From the human T2T-CHM13v2.0 reference genome, Homo sapiens: a DNA stretch of 64,000 bases. The notes below the pieces were generated by a model, which saw only the letters and a list, made by a program, of their open reading frames with translations, was not told where the DNA came from and ran no database searches. This document shows, in pieces, positions 53,644 to 64,000 of this stretch (position 1 is its first letter; every line of letters starts with the position of its first letter). Both the position numbers and the translations under genes were made by a program. Location of the stretch: assembly GCF_009914755.1 (NCBI RefSeq), contig NC_060925.1; one strand, written 5' to 3'.

Positions 53644-56600
53644 AGAGAGAGAGAAAGAGAAATCTATATATCTATGTATAATTCTCTCTATATATCTATC
53701 TATATCTATACATAAATATATATCAGACATATATGTATGTGTATAGATAGATATCTATATTTAGGTGCTCTGATGTATATCTATCTATATACACACACAT
53801 ATACATAGACACATAGATAGATCTATAACTCCCTATCTATTTATATATCTCATAGCACTTAAATATAGAAATATAAATAAGTTTAGGAGCTCTGAGCAAT
53901 TATGTATATCTCAGAGCACCTAAATAATAACATCAATATTAACAGATCTGCAGGAAGAAATAGATAGTTGGAGACTTCAATATCTAATTTTCAACAATAG
54001 GTGTATCTTCCAGACAGAAAATCAACCAGGAAACATTGGATGTGAACTACACTTCAGACCAAATGGACCGATCAGACATATACAGATAGCACACTGAACA
54101 GCAGCAGAATGCACATTTTCTGAAGAGCACATGGAACATTCTTTAGGATAGATCATATGTTAGGCCACAAAACAAATCTTAGCAGACTTTAGAAGGATGA
54201 AATAATATCAAGCATATTCTCTGACCATAATGGTATGAAACTAAAAATCAATAATGAGGAAACCTGGACACTTTTCAAATACATGGAAATTAAACAACAT
54301 GCTCTGAAATAACTAATGGGTCAAAGAAGAAATCAAAAAATAAAATGTATCTCTGGACAAATAAAAATGGAAACACAATATACCAAAATATAAAATACAG
54401 CAAAAGCAGTTCTGGGAGAGACATTTATAGTAATAAACACTTACATAAAGAAAAATAAAATTTTAAGTAAAAAATACTTACTCTGCACCTGAAGAAACTA
54501 GAAACAAAATGAACAAACTAAAGTCAATGTTGGTGGAAAAATGAAAATAATAAGCAGAGCATAAATAAATGAAATGGATACTAGAAAAACAACAAAAAAG
54601 ATAAACAAAACTGAATTGCTTATTTTTTGAAAAGATAAACAAAATTGACAAACTTTTAAGTAGACTAAAAAAAGAGAAAGAAGACAATTTTAAAAAGTAG
54701 ATATAAACTGGGATACATTCCAACTGGTAATACACAAACACAAAGTAAATTACTATGGTCAATTATATGTCAATAAATTGGATAATCTCAGAAAAAAAGA
54801 TAAATTCTTAGAAACATCCAAACTACCAAGACTGAATTGGAAAGAAAGAAAAAATTTGAACAGACCAATAATGAACACACCATTAATGGGCCTTAAAGCA
54901 ATAATAAAAAAATTTCCATCAAATAAAAGCACAGGATTTGATGGCTTTCCTGGTAAATTCTACCAAATATTTAAAGAAGAATTACTTCCAATCCTTTCAA
55001 ACTTTTTCAAAAACTTGAATAGGAGGTGACCCTTCCAAACTCATTTTGTGAGGCCAGCATTACACTGATACCAAAGGCAGACAAGGCCACAAGAAAAAAA
55101 ATATACAAACCATTTTTTTTTGTGATCATAGATGCAAGTAATAAACATAATTAAACAGCACATTAACAGGATCCTACATCATGATCAAGTGATGTTTATT
55201 CCCATGATGCAAGAATGGTTCAGCATATTAAATCAATAAATGTGATTGATTCTCCCCATTAACAGAATGAAAGATCAAACCATATGATAATCTCAAAAAT
55301 ACAGAAAAAAAAACATTTGACATAATTCAGCATTTTATCCATAATTAACAACTTTCAACAAATTAGATACAGAAAACATATACCTCAATGAAATAAAGGC
55401 CGTATATGTATGACAAGTCCACAGCTAACATTAGGCTTAATGGAATATAGCTCCATTCACAATATTATCAAAAAGGGTAAAATACTTAGTAACAAATTTA
55501 ACAAAAATGGTGAATATTCTGTATAATTAACATGATAAAACATTAATGAAACAAAATGAAGACAAAAAATGAGAATATTCCCCATGTTCATGGATTGGAG
55601 AAATGAATATTATCAAATTGTCTACATTACTTAAAATAATAAGATTCAATGAAATGCCTATCAAAATCTCCATGATACTGTTCACAGAAATTGAAAACGC
55701 AATTCTATAATAGAAACTACCAAAAATCGAGAATAGCTAAAGTAATCTTGATCAAGAGTAGCAAAGTTGGAAACATCACAGTGCTTGATTTTTAAATTAT
55801 ATTATAAAGCTACAGTAATCAAAGCAGTATGGTATGGGTGTATAAACAGACACATAGACCAATGAACAGAAGAGAAAGCACAGAAATAAACTGACACATA
55901 TATAGAGTTAAGTAACCTTTGACAAAGCAATGTAGAGTGCACCATGGGGAAAAGTTAGTCTCTTTAATAATTACTGTTAAAAAAAAAAAACTAGATATCC
56001 ACATAGGTAAAAAAGAAACCAAAACAAAAAAATTTGTATTTGTATCTTACACCATAAACAAAAACCATCTCAAAATGTGTTAAAGACTGAAACATAGAAT
56101 ATGAAACCATAAAACCTTTAAAAGTAAACATAGGGGAAAAGATCCATGACATTTTTCATTGCAATAATTTTTGGATATGACACTAAAATCACAGACAACA
56201 AAAGCAAAAACAAGCAAGTAAGACTAAATCAAATTGAAAACTAGCACAACAAAGGAAATAATAAACAGAGTGAAGAGAAAATGCACAGGATTGGAGGAAA
56301 TATTCATAAGCTGTATGTCTGATAAGGGGATAATATCCAAAATTATAAAAAACATACAACTCAATGGTGGTTGTGGTGGTGGTGATGATGATGATAATAA
56401 CAGCAACATGATTAAAACATAGGCAAATGCCTGAAAGGCTTTTTATTTTTTTTCTAAGAAGACATATAGATAGCCAACACATACATGAAAAGGTGCTCAA
56501 CATCACTAATCATCAGGGAAACACATATCAAAATTACAATAACACTTCACACCTGTTAGGATGTCTTTTGTCAAAAAGCCAAAAGAAAACAAGTGTTGGC

Positions 56601-57099
56601 AAGGAAGTGGAGGAAAGGGTTTTCTTCCTTAAACATTGCTGGTGGGAATGTAAGTTGGCATAGCTATTACGAAAAACATTATGGAGGTTACTCAAGAATT
56701 TTTCTAAAAAATTGAATTACCATATAATTCAGAAATTACATTTCTTAGTATATAATCAAAGAATATGAAAGCAGAATGTCAAAGAAATATCTGCACTCTC
56801 ATATTCACTGCAGCATTATTCATAGAGCCAAGATAAGAAAACAACCTAATGTTCATTTATAGATGAATGGAATATTGATCAGTCAAAAAAATAAGAAAAT
56901 TTATGTGCAACAGCATGGATCAACCTGGCGGATTTTATGCTAAGTGAAATAAGCCAGACATAGAAAGACAGATACTACATGATCTCACTTATATGTGGAA
57001 TCTGTAAAATGGAAATCATAAAAACAGAGAGTAGGATTATGATTGCTATGGGCTGGGGGTTGGAGGAAATAGGGAGATTTTGGTTAAAAGGTATAAACT
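51451..57099 (+). mobile_element. L1MA8/9-like LINE (5' UTR end, ORF1, ORF2 with RT-core deletion near 55450, start of 3' UTR)
   Basis: gctgaaaacttcccaaatctgg (ORF1); ORF2 fragment STGFDGFPGKFYQIFKEEL (54778-55029); 3' UTR gatctcacttatatgtggaatct. Confidence 0.85.
53288..53930. repeat. Compound (CT)n/(TA)n/(GA)n low-complexity insertion containing L1-derived pieces
   Basis: Direct reading; interrupts L1 ORF2 between ttaacaatt and cagagcacctaaata. Confidence 0.85.
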
Positions 57100-60000
57100 G
57101 CTTGAATTGCTGGCAAGATGACAGAATAGAAAGAGCTCCTGTCTGCAGCTCCTAGTGAGACTGACATAGAAGGTGGGTGATTTCTGCATTTCCAACTGAG
57201 GTACCTGATTTATCTCATTGGGACTGATTGGACAGTGGGTGCAAGCTACTGGAAAGCAAAAAAAAAAAAAAAAAGGCAGGGGTTGCAATCCTAGTCTCTG
57301 AGAAAACAGACTTTAAACCAACAAAGATAAAAAGAGACAAATAAGGGCATTGCATAATGGTAAAGGTATCAATGCAACAAGAAGAGCTAACTATCCTAAA
57401 TATATATGCACCCAATACAGGAGCACCCAGATTCATAAAGCAAGTTCTTAGAGACCTACGAAGAGACTTAGACTCCCACACAATAATAGTGGGAGACTTT
57501 AACACCCCACTGTCAATACTTCACAGATCAACGAGACAGAAAATTTACAAGGATATTTAGAACTTGAACTCAGCTCTGGACCAAGCAAACCTAATAGACA
57601 TCTACAGAACTCTCCACCCCAAATCAACAGAAAATACATTCTTCTCAGCACCACATTGCACTAATTATAAAATGGACCACGTAATTGGAAGTTAAACACT
57701 CCTCAGCAAATGCAAAAGAACATTAATCATAACAGTCTCTCAGACCACAGTGAAATCAAATTAGAACTCAGGACTAAGAAACTCACTCAAAACCACACAA
57801 CTACATGGAAACTGAGCAACCTGTTCCTGAATGACTGCTGATTAAATTATGAAATTAAGGAAGAAATAAAGATGTTCTTTGAAGCCAATGAGAACAAAGA
57901 CACAACATAGAAGAATCTCTGGGACATATTTGAAGCAGTGTTTAGAGGGAAATTTATAGTGCTAAATGTCCCCACGGGAAAGCAGGAAAGATATAAAATT
58001 GACACTCTAACACCACAATTAAAAGAACTAGAGAAGCAAGAGCAAATAACTTCAAAAGCAAGCAGAAGACAAGAAATAACTAAGATCAGACCAGAACTAA
58101 AGGAGATAGAGACACAAAAAATCTTCAAAAATCAATGAATCCCGGAGCTGGTTTTTTGAAAAGATGAACAAAATAGACCACTGGCCAGACTAATAAAGAA
58201 GAAAAGAAAGAAGAGTCAAATAGATGTAATAAAAAATGATAAACAGGATATCACCACTGACCCCACAGAAATACAGACTACCATCAGAGAATACTATAAA
58301 CAACTTTACTCAAATAAACTGGAAAATCAAGAATAAATGCAGAAATTCCTGGACACACACACCCTCCCAAGTCTAAACCAGGAAGATGTCAAATCTCTGA
58401 ATAGACCAATAACAAATTATGAAATTGAGGCAGTAATTAATATACTACCAACCAAAAAAAAGACCAGGACCAGATGGATTCACAGCCGAATTCTAACAGA
58501 TGTACAAAGAGGAGCTGGTACCATTCCTTCTGAAACTATTCCAAAAAATAGAAAAAGAGGGACTCCTCCCTAACTCATTCTATGAGGCCAGCATCATCCT
58601 GATACCAAAACCTGGCAGAGGCACAACAAAAAAAGAACATTTGAGGCCAATATCCCTGTTGAACATCCTTGCAATAATCCTCAATAAAATACTGGCAAAC
58701 CGAATCCAGCAGCACATCAAAAAGCTTATCCACCACCATCAAGTCAGCCTCATCCCTGAGATGCAAGGCTGGCTCAACATACATGCATCCATCACATAAA
58801 CACAACCAATCACAAAAACCACATGATTATCTCAATAGATGCAGAAAAGGTCTTAGAAAAAATTCAACACTCCTTCATGCGAAAAATTCTCAATAAAGTA
58901 GGTATTGATGGAACGTATCTCAAAATAATAAGAGCTGTTTATGACAAACCCTCAGCCAATATCATATTGATTGGGAAAACCTGGAGGCATTCCCTTTGAA
59001 AACTGACACAAGACAAGGATGCCCTCTCTCACCACTTCTACTCAACATAGTATTGTAAGTTCTGGCCAGGGCAATCGGGCAAGAGAAAGAAATAAAGGGT
59101 ATTCAAATAGAAAAAGAAGAAGTCAAATTGTCTCTTTTTGCAGATGATATGATTGTATATTTAGAACACTCCATCATCTCAGCCCCAACATTCCTTAAGC
59201 TGATAAGCAACTTCAGCAGTGTCTCAGGATACAAAATCAATGTGCAAAAATCACAAGCATTTCTATATACCAATAACAGACAAACAGAGAGCCAAATCAT
59301 GAGTGACCTCCCATTCACAATTGCTACAAAGAGAATAAAATACCTATTAATACAACTTACAAGGAATGTGAAGGACCTCTTCAAGGAGAACTACAAACCA
59401 CTGCTCAAGGAAATAAGAGAAGAAACAAACAAATGGAAAAGCATTCCATGCTCATGGACAGGAAGAATTAATATTGTGAAAATGACCATAATTCTCAAAG
59501 TAATTTACAGATTCAATACTATCCCCATCAAGCTACCATGGACTTTCTCCGCAGAATTAAAAAAAAAATACTTTAAATTTCATATGGAACCAAAAACAAG
59601 CATGCATGGCCAAGACAATCCTAAGAAAAAGAACAAAGCTTGGACACATCATGCAACCTGACTTCAAACTATACTACAAGGCTACAATAACAAAAACAGC
59701 ATGGTGCTGGTACCAAAACAGATATATAGACCAATGGAACAGAACAGAGGCCTCAGAAATAATACCACACATCTACCACCTTATGATCTTTGACAAACTT
59801 GACACAAACAAGCAAATGGGAAAAGATTTCATATTTAATAAATGGTGCTGGGAAAACTAGCCACATGCAGAAAATTGAAACTGGACCTCTTACTTACCCC
59901 TTATATGAAAATTAAGATGGATTAAAGACTTAAATGTAAAACCTAAACCATAAAAACCCTCAAAGAAAACCTAGGCAATACAATTTAGGACATAGGCATT

Positions 60001-61060
60001 GGCAAAGACTTCCTGACTAAAACACCAAAAGCAATGGCAACAAAAGCCAAATTTGACAAATGGGATCTAATTAAACTAAAGAGCTTCTGCACAGCAAAAA
60101 AAAAAACTATCATCAGAGTGAACAGGCAACTTACAGGATGGGAGAAAATTTTTGCAATCTATCCATCTGACAAAAGGCTAACATCCAGAATCTACGAAGA
60201 ACTTAAACAAATTTACAAGAAAAAAACAACCCTATTGAAAAGTGGGTGAAGGATATGAACAGACACTTCTCAAAAGAAGACTTTTATGCAGCCAACAAAC
60301 ATATGAAAAAAAGCTCATCATCACTGGTCATCAGCGAAATGCAAATCAAAACCACAATGAGATACCATTTCACGCCAGTTACAATGGCGATCATTAAAAA
60401 GTCAGGAAACAACAGATGCTGGAGAGTTTGTGGAGAAATAAGAATGCTTTTATGCTGTTGGTGGGAGTATAAATTAGTTCAATCAATGCGTAAGACAGTG
60501 TGATGATTCCTCAAGGATCTAGAAACAGAAATACCATTTGACCTAGTAATCCCATTACTGTTTACCCAAAGGATTATAAATCATTCTACCAAAAAGACAC
60601 ATGCATACATATGCTTATTGCCACACTATTCACGATGGCAAAGACTTGGAACCAACCAAAATACCCATCAACGATAGACTGGATAAAGAAAATGTAGCAC
60701 ATATACACCATGGAATACTATGCAACCATAAAAAAAGGATGAGTTCATGTCCTTTGCAGGGATATGGATGAAGCTGGAAACCATCATTCTCAGGAAACTA
60801 ACACAAGAACAGAAAAACAAACGCTGCATGTTCTCACTCATAAGTGGGAGTTGAACAATGAGAACACATGGACACAGGGAGGGAAACATCACACAATGTG
60901 GCCTGTCAGGGGCTGGGGTCTAGGGGAGCAATAGCATTAGGAGAAATACCTGATGTAGATGACGGGTTGATGGGTTCAGCAAACCACTGTGGCACATGCA
61001 TAACTATGTATCAAACCTGTACGTTCTGCACATGTACCCCAGAACTTAATGTGTAATAAT
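57100..61060 (+). mobile_element. L1PA7-like LINE (copy B): about 140 bp of 5' UTR fused to ORF2 EN, then full 3' part
   Basis: tggcaagatg...ccaactgaggtacc...gacagtgggtgc then ggaaagcaaaa...gcaggggttgcaatcc; NIYAPNTGAPRFIKQVL; [10 protein letters not shown]; TSD aaaggtataaact (57087-57099) / aaaggtatagact (61061-61073). Confidence 0.93.
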
Positions 61061-61367
61061 AAAGGTATAGACTTTCACATATAAAATGAGTATGCTCTAG
61101 AAACCTAATATACAGCATTGTGACCATAGTTTGTAATAATGTGTTTGTATTCTATACTTGATATTTGCTTAGATGGTAGACGTTAAATACTCTTAAAACA
61201 CACACACACACAGAAACATAACTGTGTGAAATAACAGATATGATAATTAACACTGTTGTGATTATTGTTTTATAATGTATATATATATATATATATACCA
61301 AAACACCAGTTTGTTCACCTTAAATATACATAATATTTGCTAATTATACCCCAATACATCTGAAAAA
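61061..61367 (+). mobile_element. Remainder of the L1MA8/9-like 3' UTR
   Basis: ctagaaacctaatatacagcattgtgaccatagtt...caccttaaatatacataatttg...tataccccaata. Confidence 0.8.
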
Positions 61368-62725
61368 GTAAGATTACATTTTAAAACGATTGGAAGAAGA
61401 GATATATCCAAAGGAAGCAGGAAGCTGTGATACTGGTATAGTTACACACCCAAACACACACACACATACACACACACGGGAAAGAAAAAGTCTGCGTAAG
61501 TATTTACTGCAAAAATCAAATGCAAAAGTAGAAGACTGAGATAAAAGAGTTGGAAATAAATAAAACAGTGAAACGTCTTGAAACTAGGATTCTTTTCCTC
61601 TAATGTGAAAGCAGTGTGGAATGGAGCAATACTTCCAACATTGCTCTAGAGAGATGATTTGAATCAATAATAACTTTCTGGCTAATGCCTTTCTTTTAAA
61701 TAAGAACAACAGTATTTACTAGAAATACACCTAACCCTCCACTCTCTATTGCCACAAATATCTGCCCCTGTAATTTGGGGAACTCAGAATTAGAGAAAAA
61801 TATATCTAAAAATCAAAACATATAAATAAAGCTAATAACTATTAAGTATGACTTATCTAGACCCTTACCTAAATAAATATACCCTATAGAAACAAAACTA
61901 ATGCATACATGTAAATCTCTATGTTTCATATGTAGTTGGATCACAAAGAAAGTAAGAAAAATGTTTGGCAGTACTTAGAAATGATACATTTTTTTGTGCA
62001 AGGATTTGTTGGATTCATGCTATCTTACAGGAGATGTTTCATAATTTAATTAAATTAGCTGTATCAATTGCCTTTTATCTTTCCCTCACTTCAAAGCAGT
62101 TTCTATCTCCCATATTGACAGCAGTGCAATTCACAAATCTTCCCATTTTGAGGATATAAGGCACAACATATAGAGAAATGTTTCCCAGCATTAAGGTATT
62201 GGCCAGAAGAAAAGATATTTATGATTATGCATTTCTCTTGGATAAACTGAGTCCTGGCTATCTAATGACAGAAATATGCTATACACTTTAATATACATAT
62301 TATTTTGCATGTATTTGTAAAATGTGTGGCCCTTTCTAAGACTCTGATCACAGCCTCTCTTGCCTGCTCTAAGGGCATTGCTGTTCCACCACCCAAGCAC
62401 ACATTGTTTATGGCATAAACTGACTTGTGAACATGGAATAATTCAATCAATATTCCTCTCATAAGGATTATACTTGTAAGAGTAACTTACATACACATAG
62501 GTCACTGAATATTGAATGAGTTAGCACTAATCACTAAATATATACCTGTGTGTTTTTGACTCCTTATAGCTTCTTAATTTCCTAAAGTTAATTAATAATT
62601 CTGTACATTCTTTACTTTGATAATTTTTACCTGCATTGTTGTTCTGTATTTTATTTTACTGCATTGCAATCTAAATCTATTTGACCACTAGTCTATTATA
62701 AATTTACCCTAATAAAACCCTCAGG

Positions 62726-62931
62726 TAATGGTATCCCAGTCAATGTTTAACAACCACCTTTCTCAAAAGAATGTTTCAATATTTACAGCCTTTGCCAATA
62801 TCTGTTGTATAAATAATCTCACCATATCCCATTTCAAGCTATCTGGGTAACATCCCTAAATGAGAACTTGCAAAGAGATACTAAAAAATGGCTGTTTGCA
62901 GCTGGTACAAGCCAACTTCAGTACAGCATTA
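62726..62931. mobile_element. MER63-like hAT element
   Basis: aatgtttaacaacc...atttcaagcta...gctggtacaagccaacttcagtacagcatt. Confidence 0.6.
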
Positions 62932-63139
62932 TTTCGTCCATTCTGCATATTACCAGAAAAATGTCATCATTGGCTTCACTCGGATGTTAACTCTCTTTCT
63001 TATAAAATCATTTTGACTATAGTAATTTTCTGAATAACTGCTCATCTAAGTACTATATTGTTCCACTGAAATGGGTCAAGTACTGGGATGTGGCAAATGA
63101 CAGACTCATCTATAGCTGCAAGACTGTTGTGAAGTGGAA

Positions 63140-63325
63140 TGAGTCCAGATTATGGAGACAAAATTAGATTTAAATTATGATTCTGCCTCATCTTTGAATC
63201 TGTTTCTTCATCTGGAAAATAACAATTCTCATTCTTAACTTACAATTTTCATGTGAAAATTAAAGTTGTTAAAGGTAAATTTAATTCTATCTTGTATTAT
63301 ATGCTGTGAGTACTGAATGATGTCC
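63140..63325 (+). mobile_element. MIR fragment
   Basis: tctttgaatctgtttcttcatctggaaaat core motif. Confidence 0.5.
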
Positions 63326-63449
63326 ACACATGCAGGTAAAATTATGTTGAGATTTGCCTGAAGTTACTAGGAAATAATTATTATTGTAAAGTGGAATAGA
63401 AAAGAGTGTGGCATTTTATAAATTCTGACGGGAAGGTAAAATGAGGTGA

Positions 63450-63867
<418 letters not shown>

Positions 63868-63896
63868 CTAAGCGTCTAGGGAAGACCTAAGACACA

Positions 63897-64000
63897 TAGT
63901 TGACTCTTGAACAACGTGAAGGTGAGAGGTAATGACTCCCCATGAAGTTGAAAATCCATGTATAACTTTTGACTTCCCAAAACTTTCCTAATAATTCATT
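63897..64000 (+). mobile_element. Tigger2/MER8-family DNA transposon start (runs off the window)
   Basis: agttgactcttgaacaac...gaaaatccatgtataacttttgact. Confidence 0.75.

Noticed and set aside
56365-56410. (GGT)n(GAT)n(AAT)n run as a coding low-complexity tract
   Set aside because: It is a compound microsatellite grown in an A-rich spot of dead L1 ORF2.
57190-57260. Spliced L1 integrant using the 5' UTR donor
   Set aside because: The donor ctgag|gtacc and about 45 downstream bases are retained, so the junction is not at that site.
34661-61073. Segmental duplication explaining the two similar L1PA7 copies
   Set aside because: The flanks are unrelated and each copy has its own TSD.

Overview
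Gene-free, AT-rich primate genomic DNA, almost certainly human because an Alu carries all five AluYa5 diagnostic bases. Most of it is nested, decayed transposable elements. In order: an L1PA15-like LINE split by an AluJ and by a two-LTR HERV-L provirus; a near full-length Tigger1; several solo LTRs; an internally deleted L1MA; a second, LTR-less HERV-L fused to a THE1/MST MaLR; an L1PA7-like copy; a large L1MA that hosts an MSTA MaLR (itself hosting a rearranged HERV-H) and a second L1PA7-like copy; and a young AluYa5. I find no host protein-coding exon, RNA gene, CRISPR array or intact TE ORF, and no evidence for a new biological system. The most unusual structures are: (1) a TSD-bounded HERV-H whose 5' LTR was replaced by about 1.9 kb of foreign DNA ending in another HERV-H 3' end plus LTR; (2) a 26-nt pol segment copied exactly into that provirus's 3' LTR; (3) two independently inserted L1PA7-like copies sharing many apparently non-consensus variants; (4) a perfectly palindromic 20-bp AT array inside an MLT2 LTR. 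Subfamily names and consensus comparisons come from my recollection of consensus sequences and need RepeatMasker/Dfam confirmation.
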